Shown: piece by piece, positions 53,856 to 61,337 of the stretch
Position numbering within the stretch: the first letter of the stretch is position 1
Layout: the number at the start of each line of letters is the position of its first letter
Assembly: GCA_903847405.1 (NCBI GenBank)
Contig: CAINDP010000091.1
Coordinates: forward strand, 789-64,788
Direction: 5' to 3'
DNA from: an uncultured Myxococcales bacterium
GTDB taxonomy: Bacteria; Myxococcota_A; UBA9042; DTJE01
DNA: 64,000 bases
Notes under the pieces: model-generated
Database searches by the model: none
Seen by the model: only the letters and a program-made list of their open reading frames with translations
What the model was told of the DNA's origin: nothing
Position numbers and translations under genes: made by a program

Positions 53856-54790
53856 AGATCCTCATCGCCGACGACGAAGCCATCTCCCGGAAGATCCTGG
53901 AATCCCGCCTGGGCAAGTGGGGCTATGACGTCGTCGTCGCCACCGACGGCACCGAGGCCTGGAACGCGCTCCAGGGACCCGACGCCCCGAGCCTGGCCAT
54001 CCTGGACTGGGAAATGCCCGGCATGGACGGCGTCGAGGTGTGCCGCCGCCTGCGACAGGTGGACCTCAATCCCCAGGGCCGGGGACCGGAGTTGCAGGCG
54101 CACTACGTGTACGTGATCCTGCTGACGTCGAAGACCCGAGGCGAAGACATGGTGGCGGGGATGGAGGCCGGAGCCGACGACTACGTGGCCAAGCCCTTTG
54201 ACGCAAACGAATTGAAGGTGCGCCTGCGGGCGGGCCGACGCATCCTGGACCTGGTCGCGGAACTGGTCCGGGCCCGGGAACTGCTGGCCGACAAGGCCAC
54301 CCGCGATTCGCTGACCAGCCTGTGGAACCGGGGGGCCATCCTCGAGGCCCTGGAACGCGAGATGGCCCGATCGGATCGCGAGAACGCGCCCCTCGGGATC
54401 CTGATGGCCGACATCGACCTGTTCAAGCGCGTCAACGACACCTTCGGGCACCTGGCGGGGGACGCGGTCCTGCGGGAAACCGCCCGGCGGATGCTGGCGG
54501 CGCGGCGCCCCTACGACGCGGTCGGTCGTTACGGCGGCGAGGAGTTCCTGATCCTGGCCCCCGGATGCGGGATGGAAGCGGCCCGTGGCGTGGGCGAGCG
54601 GATGCGTGCCGCCATCGCCGCCGAACCGATGAACACCGCCGACGGCCTGATCCCGGTGACGATGAGCCTGGGCGCCGCCTGCCGTCCCCCTCGCAGCGGA
54701 GTCACCGCCGAGGCGCTGCTGAGGACCGCCGACGAGGCCCTGTACCGGGCCAAGGCGAACGGCCGCAATCGCGTGGAAGCGGGCGGCTGA
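53852..54790 (+). CDS. response regulator-diguanylate cyclase (REC-GGDEF)
   Basis: [17 protein letters not shown] and [10 protein letters not shown] in the receiver domain. A-site GGEEF with an RPYD (RxxD) I-site five residues upstream. Confidence 0.9.
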   Translation: MKILIADDEAISRKILESRLGKWGYDVVVATDGTEAWNALQGPDAPSLAILDWEMPGMDGVEVCRRLRQVDLNPQGRGPELQAHYVYVILLTSKTRGEDMVAGMEAGADDYVAKPFDANELKVRLRAGRRILDLVAELVRARELLADKATRDSLTSLWNRGAILEALEREMARSDRENAPLGILMADIDLFKRVNDTFGHLAGDAVLRETARRMLAARRPYDAVGRYGGEEFLILAPGCGMEAARGVGERMRAAIAAEPMNTADGLIPVTMSLGAACRPPRSGVTAEALLRTADEALYRAKANGRNRVEAGG

Positions 54791-54818
54791 CCGGACACCT
54801 CCTCCCGGATCACGCCAC

Positions 54819-54847
54819 TTGCATACAACCGTTCAAGCAGTTATATA
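54819..54847 (+). promoter_or_regulatory. candidate ars promoter with an overlapping imperfect palindrome (possible ArsR operator)
   Basis: TTGCAT (54819-54824), a 17-nt spacer, then TATATA (54842-54847). ATACAAC-N10-GTTATAT at 54823-54846 matches 6 of 7 positions between arms. It is the only AT-rich patch in this gap. Confidence 0.4.
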
Positions 54848-54872
54848 GGTCTTCAGGCCGGGCACCCGACCG

Positions 54873-55232
54873 ATGGAGGTCCCGATGCGGAACCTGTCCG
54901 AACTCTTCAAGGCCCTGTCGGATGAAACGCGGCTGCAGATGCTGGCGCTGCTGCTGCGGCGCGGAGAACTGTGCGTCTGCGAGTTCGTCGAGGCCCTGGG
55001 CATCACGCAGTCGAAGGCGTCGCGGCACCTGCGGTACCTGGCCCATGCGGGGCTGGTCCGGGATCGCCGCGAGGCCGTGTGGGTGTACTACCGGGTTCGC
55101 CCGGACCCGGACGCGGACCCGGCGGCCGTGCTGGACGCGATCGGCCCGCTGCTGGCCGGACGCGACCTGGCGGAACTGGAACGGCGCCTGGAGGCATTTT
55201 CGTGCGTGCCGGCAACAAGGAGGGCAGGATGA
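54873..55232 (+). CDS. arsR: ArsR/SmtB-family metalloregulator
   Basis: [28 protein letters not shown] (CVC metalloid site) and a winged [20 protein letters not shown]. Confidence 0.9.
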   Translation: MEVPMRNLSELFKALSDETRLQMLALLLRRGELCVCEFVEALGITQSKASRHLRYLAHAGLVRDRREAVWVYYRVRPDPDADPAAVLDAIGPLLAGRDLAELERRLEAFSCVPATRRAG

Positions 55233-56329
55233 GCGGTGCATCGACCCGGGCGAAGGGCGTCGTCCGGCAGTTGTCGTTCCTGGACCGGTTCCTGACGCTG
55301 TGGATCTTCCTGGCGATGGCCGCGGGCGTGGGCTCGTTCTACGTGTTCCCGGACATCGTGCCGTTCCTGAACCGCTTCAGCGTCGGCACCACGTCCATCC
55401 CGATTGCCGTCGGCCTGATCCTGATGATGTACCCGCCGCTGGCCAAGGTCCGTTACGAGGACATGGGCCCGGTCTTCCGGAACTGGCGGGTGCTGCTGCT
55501 GTCGCTTGTCCAGAACTGGATCGTCGGGCCCATCCTGATGTTCGGGCTGGCCGTGCTGTTCCTGCGGGACCAGCCGGAATACATGGTCGGGCTGATCCTG
55601 ATCGGCCTGGCCCGCTGCATCGCGATGGTCATCGTCTGGAACGACCTGGCGAAGGGCGACAGCGAGTACTGCGCCGGGCTGGTCGCGCTGAATTCCGTGT
55701 TCCAGGTGCTGTTCTACTCGGTCTACGCGTGGGTGTTCATCACCGTGGTGCCCCGGTGGCTGGGCCTGCCGGGAACCGAGGTGAACATCACCATCGGCGA
55801 GATCGCGACGAGCGTCTTCATCTACCTGGGGATTCCGTTCATCGCCGGCATCGTGACGCGCTTCAGCCTGATCGCGTGGAAGGGCAAGGAGTGGTACCAC
55901 GACAGGTTCATCCCGAAGATCAGCCCGATCACCCTGGTCGCCCTGCTGTTCACCATCGTCGTGATGTTCAGCCTGAAGGGCGAAACGATCGTCGAGGTCC
56001 CGCTGGACGTGGTCCGCATCGCGATCCCGCTGCTGATCTACTTCGTCGTGATGTTCCTGGTGTCGTTCTGGATGTCGAAGAGGGTCGGCGCGAATTACGG
56101 CCAGGCGGCGACCCTGTCGTTCACGGCGTCGTCGAACAACTTCGAGCTGGCCATCGCCGTTGCCGTGGCGACGTTCGGGATCAACCACGGCGCGGCTTTC
56201 GCGGCGGTCATCGGGCCGCTGGTCGAGGTCCCGGCGCTGATCGGCCTGGTGAACGTGTCCCTGTGGATCCGGCGCAAGTGGTTCGCAACGGAACCGGTCG
56301 GCGCAGCCGGCCTGGGAGGGAGGGCATGA
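55229..56329 (+). CDS. acr3: ACR3-family arsenite efflux permease
   Basis: ATGA overlap with ars[38 protein letters not shown]. 366 aa, polytopic. Confidence 0.9.
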   Translation: MSGASTRAKGVVRQLSFLDRFLTLWIFLAMAAGVGSFYVFPDIVPFLNRFSVGTTSIPIAVGLILMMYPPLAKVRYEDMGPVFRNWRVLLLSLVQNWIVGPILMFGLAVLFLRDQPEYMVGLILIGLARCIAMVIVWNDLAKGDSEYCAGLVALNSVFQVLFYSVYAWVFITVVPRWLGLPGTEVNITIGEIATSVFIYLGIPFIAGIVTRFSLIAWKGKEWYHDRFIPKISPITLVALLFTIVVMFSLKGETIVEVPLDVVRIAIPLLIYFVVMFLVSFWMSKRVGANYGQAATLSFTASSNNFELAIAVAVATFGINHGAAFAAVIGPLVEVPALIGLVNVSLWIRRKWFATEPVGAAGLGGRA

Positions 56330-57189
56330 TGGACGACAAGGACGAGGTCCGGAAGAGCGTTTCGGAATTCTATACGCAGGCAGTGAAGGGTGGTTCGTGG
56401 TGCTGCGGCCCGGCGTCATCGGGGTGCTGCGGCAGCGCGGCGGCGCCCGACGTCGTCGCCAAGGGCTTCGCGGCGCAGTTCGCGGGGTACGGCGCCGATA
56501 CGGTCGGCCTGCCGGCGGACGCCGTGGAAAACAGCTTCGGCTGCGGCAACCCGCTGGCCTTCAGCGAAGTGCAGCCCGGCCAGGTGGTCCTGGACCTGGG
56601 CAGCGGCGCGGGGATCGACCTGCTGATCGCCGCCCGCAAGGTGGGCCTGTCCGGCCGCGTGATCGGCGTGGACATGACGGACGAGATGATCGACCGGGCG
56701 CGGGCCAACGCCGACGCCGCGGGCTTCCCGAACATCGAGGTCCGCAAGGGCATCATCGAAAACCTGCCGGTGGAATCGGGCAGCGTGGACTGGGTCATCA
56801 GCAACTGCGTGATCAACCTGTCCCCCGAAAAGGACCGGGTATTCGCCGAGATCGCCCGCGTGCTGAAGCCGGGCGGCCGGATGAGCGTGTCGGACATCGT
56901 GGTCCAGGACGTGCCCGACTGGGTGCGCCAGAGCATGGCCCTGTACGCGTCGTGCGTGGCCGGGGCGGTGTCCGAGGACGAGTACGCGGCCGGCCTGCGC
57001 CGCGCCGGCCTGGCGGACGTCGAGGTCGCCGAGCGGTTCCCCTACGACCTGGAGCAGGTCCGATCGCTGATCGAGTCGGAGGTCCCGGGAGCCATCCTGG
57101 GGTCGATCGACACCCCCGCCCTGGCCGCGGAGGTCGCGGAAAAGGTCTGGAGCGTGAAGTTCCACGCCCGGAAACCCCTGGAGGGTTGA
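56326..57189 (+). CDS. arsM: arsenite S-adenosylmethionine methyltransferase
   Basis: Overlaps the acr3 stop. N-terminal Cys pairs WCCGP...GCCGS. SAM motif [25 protein letters not shown]. Confidence 0.9.
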   Translation: MMDDKDEVRKSVSEFYTQAVKGGSWCCGPASSGCCGSAAAPDVVAKGFAAQFAGYGADTVGLPADAVENSFGCGNPLAFSEVQPGQVVLDLGSGAGIDLLIAARKVGLSGRVIGVDMTDEMIDRARANADAAGFPNIEVRKGIIENLPVESGSVDWVISNCVINLSPEKDRVFAEIARVLKPGGRMSVSDIVVQDVPDWVRQSMALYASCVAGAVSEDEYAAGLRRAGLADVEVAERFPYDLEQVRSLIESEVPGAILGSIDTPALAAEVAEKVWSVKFHARKPLEG

Positions 57190-57191
57190 CC

Positions 57192-57653
57192 ATGAACATC
57201 CACCAGGAAGGCTGGATCGCCGAGGCCGACCACCTGCGGGAACGGGCGCCCCGGGGCATCCTGTTCCTGTGCGTCGCCAATTCGGCCCGCAGCCAGATGG
57301 CCGAGGGGATCGCGAGGTCCCTGGCGCCGCAGGGCGTCGAGGTGTTTTCGGCGGGGTCGAACCCGGGGGTGCTGAACCCCCTGGCCGTGCAGGCCCTGGC
57401 CGAAATCGGCATCGACATCTCGGGACATCGCAGCAAGGGGATCCCGGAGGTTCCCGCGGATCGGGTCGACGCGGTCATCACGCTCTGCGCCGAGGAGGTC
57501 TGTCCGGCCTGGCTGGGTCGAGCCCATCGCCTGCACTGGGGGCTGCCGGACCCGGCCGGGGCCGGGGACGACGACGCGGCCCGATTGCAGGCGTTCCGAA
57601 CCGTGCGCGACGAACTGGTGCGACGCCTCGGGCGCCTCTTTGGCGATTCGTGA
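57192..57653 (+). CDS. arsC: arsenate reductase, LMW-PTPase (thioredoxin-coupled) type
   Basis: ILFLCVANSARSQMAEG P-loop (CX5R) and distal Cys residues in TLCAEEVCP. Confidence 0.85.
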   Translation: MNIHQEGWIAEADHLRERAPRGILFLCVANSARSQMAEGIARSLAPQGVEVFSAGSNPGVLNPLAVQALAEIGIDISGHRSKGIPEVPADRVDAVITLCAEEVCPAWLGRAHRLHWGLPDPAGAGDDDAARLQAFRTVRDELVRRLGRLFGDS

Positions 57654-57696
57654 CGGACGGCTGCAGAAACAGGTACGAATACAGAGAGGTCCTGCC

Positions 57697-58209
57697 GTGA
57701 ACCCGAAGACGATCGTGACCATGCTGCTGCTGGCGTTCGTTGCGGCCGCGGCCGGCTTCCTGGTCCTGAAGGAGATGCGCGGGAAGGTCGTCGCGGACCC
57801 GGTGCCTGCCGACGTCGCCTCCGGTTCGACGACCGGTGCGCCCGCTGCGGTCGCCGAGGATCCGTCGGTTCCCCGGAAGCTGGTGGCGTACTACTTCCAC
57901 GGAAACAAGCGCTGCAACACGTGCCGCGCGATCCAGGCGCAATCGAAGGAGGCCCTGGACACGGGCTTCCCCGAGGCCCTGATGGCCGGCCTGCTGGAGT
58001 GGCGCGAGGTGAACCTGGACGACCCCGGCAACGACCACTTCACCACCGACTACGACCTGACCGGCAGCGGCCTGGTCCTGGTGGACCTGCGGAACGGCAG
58101 GCTGGCCCGCTTCAAGAACCTCCTCAAGGTGTGGGACCTCTGGGCGGACAAGCCGGCATTCCTGGACTACGTGCAGGGCGAAACGCGCAACTGGCTGGAG
58201 GCGCCCTGA
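57697..58209 (+). CDS. membrane-anchored thioredoxin-fold protein with CNTC (CxxC) motif
   Basis: GTG at 57697 after AGAGAGG. N-terminal TM TIVTMLLLAFVAAAAGFLVL. LVAYYFHGNKRCNTCRAIQ. Family not recognised. Confidence 0.6.
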   Translation: MNPKTIVTMLLLAFVAAAAGFLVLKEMRGKVVADPVPADVASGSTTGAPAAVAEDPSVPRKLVAYYFHGNKRCNTCRAIQAQSKEALDTGFPEALMAGLLEWREVNLDDPGNDHFTTDYDLTGSGLVLVDLRNGRLARFKNLLKVWDLWADKPAFLDYVQGETRNWLEAP

Positions 58210-58901
58210 TGCCCGAACTGCTGATCGCTTCCCTGTCGGCCTTCTGGCTGGGCGTCCTGACGTCCATCAGTCCGTGCCCCCTGGCCACGAACATCGCCGC
58301 GATCTCCTACGTCGGCCGACGGATGGAAAACCCGCGCCGGGTCCTGCTGGGCGGGCTGGCCTACACGCTGGGCCGCGCCCTCGCCTACGGGGTCCTGGGC
58401 GCCCTGCTGGTGGCCAGCCTGCTGAACGCCCCGGTCCTGTCCCACGTCCTGCAGAAGTACCTCAACCAGGTTCTGGGGCCGTTGCTGGTCGTCATCGGGA
58501 TGTTCCTGCTGGAACTGCTGTCGCTGGGCGGGTCGGGATCGGCGTGGATGGCGCGACTGCAGGAGCGGATGGCGACGCACGGGATCTGGGGCGCCGGGCT
58601 GCTGGGCGTCCTGTTCGCGCTGTCCTTCTGCCCCATCTCGGCGGTGCTGTTCTTCGGGAGCCTGATCCCCCTGGTCGTCGCCAACGAGTCCGGCGTGATG
58701 CTGCCCATGATCTACGGCCTGGGCACCGGCGTTCCGGTCCTGGCCCTGGCCGTGATCATCGCGCTGGGCACGAAGTCGCTGGGTGCGACCTTCCGGAAGA
58801 TGACCTCCTTCGAGAAGTGGGCGCGCCGGGCCACGGGCGTCATCTTCATCGTGGTAGGCATCTACCTGACGCTGGTCTACGTCTTCGGCGTGTTGTCCTG
58901 A
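58209..58901 (+). CDS. CcdA/DsbD-beta-like transmembrane thiol-disulfide electron transporter
   Basis: The start overlaps the previous stop. Two membrane-embedded Cys-Pro motifs (SISPCPLATN and LSFCPISAV). 230 aa with about 6 TM segments. Confidence 0.75.
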   Translation: MPELLIASLSAFWLGVLTSISPCPLATNIAAISYVGRRMENPRRVLLGGLAYTLGRALAYGVLGALLVASLLNAPVLSHVLQKYLNQVLGPLLVVIGMFLLELLSLGGSGSAWMARLQERMATHGIWGAGLLGVLFALSFCPISAVLFFGSLIPLVVANESGVMLPMIYGLGTGVPVLALAVIIALGTKSLGATFRKMTSFEKWARRATGVIFIVVGIYLTLVYVFGVLS

Positions 58902-58902
58902 C

Positions 58903-58928
58903 GGAAAATGGGGACAGACACCATTTCC
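58903..58928. repeat. solo copy of the 23-nt hairpin repeat
   Basis: GGAAAATGGGGACAGACACCATTTCC. Positions 58906-58928 (AAATGGGGACAGACACCATTTCC) are identical to 13565-13587. The copy fills the 30-nt gap between the convergent stops at 58901 and 58932. Confidence 0.75.
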
Positions 58929-58931
58929 GAT

Positions 58932-59180
58932 TCAGCCTTCCCTTGCGGCCTCGTTGATCCAGGCCACCATCTCGGATAGGGCGGGAACGCGCCCGGCGGC
59001 CTTCACCTGGCCGTCGATCACCAGCGCGGGGGTCATCAGCACGTCGTACTTCAGGATCTCGGTGATGTCTCCGACGTACTCGACCGTGAGGCCCAGGCCG
59101 GCCTGCTCGACGGCCTTCTGCGCGTCCTCGTGCAGCTTCTTGCAGCGGGCACACCCGCCGCCCAGCACCTTGATTTCCAT
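58932..59180 (-). CDS. small thioredoxin-fold protein (redox-active disulfide protein 2 / Thioredoxin_3-like)
   Basis: ATG at 59180 after GAAGGAGGG. MEIKVLGGGCARCKKL (CxxC) and TPALVIDGQVK. 82 aa. Confidence 0.8.
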   Translation of the reverse strand: MEIKVLGGGCARCKKLHEDAQKAVEQAGLGLTVEYVGDITEILKYDVLMTPALVIDGQVKAAGRVPALSEMVAWINEAAREG

Positions 59181-59194
59181 CTCGCGGCCCTCCT

Positions 59195-59644
59195 TCAATC
59201 GATCGTGATCTCCGGCTCGATCACGACCTCGGACTTCACCGAGTTCGCGACCAGGCTGTACTTGCGGGCTGCCGCCAGAGCCTTCGTGACGCGCGCCTCG
59301 ATCACGGCGCGCGGCTCGCCACCGGCGTCGATGCGGATCAGCGGCTTCAGGTGCACCTTCGTGAACGTCTCGGTCCGGTCCAGTTCGATCACCTTCGTGC
59401 CCTCGGCGCGGCATTCGAAGGACACCAGGTTCAACTTGAAGCGCTGGCAGGCCCACAGGAACATCATCATCACGCAGGTGTTCACGGAGGCCACGAAGGC
59501 GTCCTCGGGCGTGAAGACCCCGGGATGACCCTGGGCGTCCGGCGGCGCCGAAAAGGGCATTTCGGGACCGTTGCCCATCGCGAGGTGCCCCCAGTGCTCG
59601 CCGGTCCAGCGGACCGTCGTGTGGTACGTTGCGGTGCGGCTCAT
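59195..59644 (-). CDS. OsmC/Ohr-family protein (atypical Cys arrangement)
   Basis: ATG at 59644. TPEDAFVASVNTCVMMMF and KYSLVANSVKSEV. 149 aa. ATGA overlap with the upstream gene. Confidence 0.75.
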   Translation of the reverse strand: MSRTATYHTTVRWTGEHWGHLAMGNGPEMPFSAPPDAQGHPGVFTPEDAFVASVNTCVMMMFLWACQRFKLNLVSFECRAEGTKVIELDRTETFTKVHLKPLIRIDAGGEPRAVIEARVTKALAAARKYSLVANSVKSEVVIEPEITID

Positions 59645-60063
59645 CGTGCGCCCTCCCGGCCCAGGACCTGGTCCACCAGTCCCGCCAGTTCGTCCGCCAC
59701 GGCCTCGACCGCCCGTTGCCCGGCGTCGTTCAGGCGGCGGCATCCCGCAACCCCGGTGATTCCACGCGCGGCGGCCAGTTCGGTGACGACCAGGCTGGCG
59801 GCCGGCCTGGCCGAGTACCGTTCGGTCGCCCGTGCGGCGCACCGCAGTTCGCAACCGTCCACCGTGATGGTCGGAAAGTCGCGCGCGAACGTCCGCTCGC
59901 CCTCGCCGCCCGCCAGGAACAGCGGCAGGCACAGCGTGACCGTGTCGCCTCGCCGCGTATCGTGCAGCACCCTCAACGCCGCCAGGCGCGTGACCGTGCC
60001 CTCGGCCAGTTCCTCCCCCGAACACGCGATGATCCCGGCCTTCCGTTCCGGGCTGTCAGACAT
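59641..60063 (-). CDS. DGC-domain putative metal-binding Cys protein (copy 2)
   Basis: GIIACSGE and ITVDGCELRCA motifs. 140 aa. Confidence 0.7.
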   Translation of the reverse strand: MSDSPERKAGIIACSGEELAEGTVTRLAALRVLHDTRRGDTVTLCLPLFLAGGEGERTFARDFPTITVDGCELRCAARATERYSARPAASLVVTELAAARGITGVAGCRRLNDAGQRAVEAVADELAGLVDQVLGREGAR

Positions 60064-60475
60064 GGTCGTCCTCCCCTGCGGCCCCGGCGGTCAGCGCGTC
60101 GATTTCCGGCAACAATTCCTCGGCCAGCACGCGGGCCAGCCGAACCCCCTCCGGGTTCAATTCGGCGATGCCCTCGGGCTTCAGATCCTTGTGCTGCCGG
60201 AAGACCTCCAGCACCGCCACCTCGCGGACGATCGTGCCCCCGCTCTCCTGCACGCACTTCGCGGCGCAGTTCAACTTGCAGCCGTCGATGGTGATGACCG
60301 GGTGGGCCGCGACGATCGCCCGGGATTCCGCATCCCCCAGCACCAGTTTCGACAGGGCGACCAGGCGCGTCGCGTGGGGCCGCAGGTCCTCGACCAGGTC
60401 GTACGCCGCCTCCCGGGCCACGGTCCCGAAGGGCTTCCCGATGCCGCTGCACGGAACGATGACCACCTTGCGCAT
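60056..60475 (-). CDS. DGC-domain putative metal-binding Cys protein (copy 1)
   Basis: ATG at 60475. VIVPCSGIGK and ITIDGCKLNCAAKC motifs. 139 aa. 8-nt overlap with copy 2. Confidence 0.7.
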   Translation of the reverse strand: MRKVVIVPCSGIGKPFGTVAREAAYDLVEDLRPHATRLVALSKLVLGDAESRAIVAAHPVITIDGCKLNCAAKCVQESGGTIVREVAVLEVFRQHKDLKPEGIAELNPEGVRLARVLAEELLPEIDALTAGAAGEDDHV

Positions 60476-60483
60476 ACCGTCCT

Positions 60484-60945
60484 TCACAGCGCATCCACCT
60501 CCGCCTCGGCCTGTTCCTTCATGTGGGCAAAGTAGGCGTCCGGGTCCAGCAGGCGCGACTGCTGTGCCGCGCCGTCGGTGACCATGATTTCCGCCAGCCA
60601 ACCTTCGCCATACGGATCCTGGTTGATGATTTCCGGCGCCGTCCCAAGGGCGGGGTTGGTGGCGACGACGACGCCCGCGATCGGCGACACCAGTTGCAGG
60701 GTCGCCTTGATCGTTTCAATCGTGCCGGCCTCGTCCCCCGCCTTCAGTTCCGTCCCGGCCGGCATCATGTCGGCGAAGGCCACGTCGCCGCTGTGCTGCT
60801 GCAGGTAGTCGGTCACGCCGATGCGAACCCGCCCTTCCGCGGTGCCGGGCAGCCACATCACCCAGACGCCTTCCGGGCTGAAGACGCGGTCCGTCGGCAC
60901 CCGGAACGTGAACTTGTCGACCGTGACCTGCAGGATGTCCGGCAT
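60484..60945 (-). CDS. glycine-cleavage H-protein-like lipoyl carrier (no gcvP/gcvT nearby)
   Basis: IGVTDYLQQHSGDVAFADMMPAG, GTIETIKATLQLVSPIAGVVVATN (lipoyl-Lys context) and NQDPYGEGWL. 153 aa. Confidence 0.8.
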   Translation of the reverse strand: MPDILQVTVDKFTFRVPTDRVFSPEGVWVMWLPGTAEGRVRIGVTDYLQQHSGDVAFADMMPAGTELKAGDEAGTIETIKATLQLVSPIAGVVVATNPALGTAPEIINQDPYGEGWLAEIMVTDGAAQQSRLLDPDAYFAHMKEQAEAEVDAL

Positions 60946-60963
60946 CGTCGCCCCCCGTGGGCC

Positions 60964-61257
60964 CTAGAGGGCCTTGTCCTTCAGCACCTGGGTCGCGCAC
61001 GCGAAGAAGTTCATCACGCAGGGGGTCATCAGCCGGTAGAACACCGTGGTCCCCGCGCGGCGATCGTCCACGATGCCGCTGGCCCGCAGCACGGACAGGT
61101 GCTTCGACACGGTGGAGGCGTCCAGTCCGACCAGGGCCACCAGTTCCCCCGCGCTGCACTCGCCCCGCGCCAAGCGGTCCACCATCATCAGGCGGGCCTC
61201 GTTGGCCAGTGCCTTCAGGACCCGTGCCTGCCTGCGGAACACGTCCCGATCGTCCAT
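60964..61257 (-). CDS. ArsR/SmtB-family transcriptional regulator (second copy)
   Basis: LKALANEARLMMVDRLARGECSAGELVALVGLDASTVSKHLSVLRASGIV. 97 aa. Confidence 0.85.
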   Translation of the reverse strand: MDDRDVFRRQARVLKALANEARLMMVDRLARGECSAGELVALVGLDASTVSKHLSVLRASGIVDDRRAGTTVFYRLMTPCVMNFFACATQVLKDKAL

Positions 61258-61278
61258 GCAATCCTCCGGCCGGCAGTA

Positions 61279-61307
61279 ACGCTAGGACTATTTTGCCAAG
61301 TTTGCAA
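61279..61307 (-). promoter_or_regulatory. candidate promoter of the ArsR2-led operon, overlapping direct repeats
   Basis: On the minus strand: TTGCAA (61307-61302), a 17-nt spacer, then TAGCGT (61284-61279). It sits in an AT-enriched patch carrying the units TTTGCCAAG / TTTGCAAG / TTTGAAG. Confidence 0.3.
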
Positions 61308-61337
61308 GTTTGAAGACCCGGGGGGATGCGGATCGGT

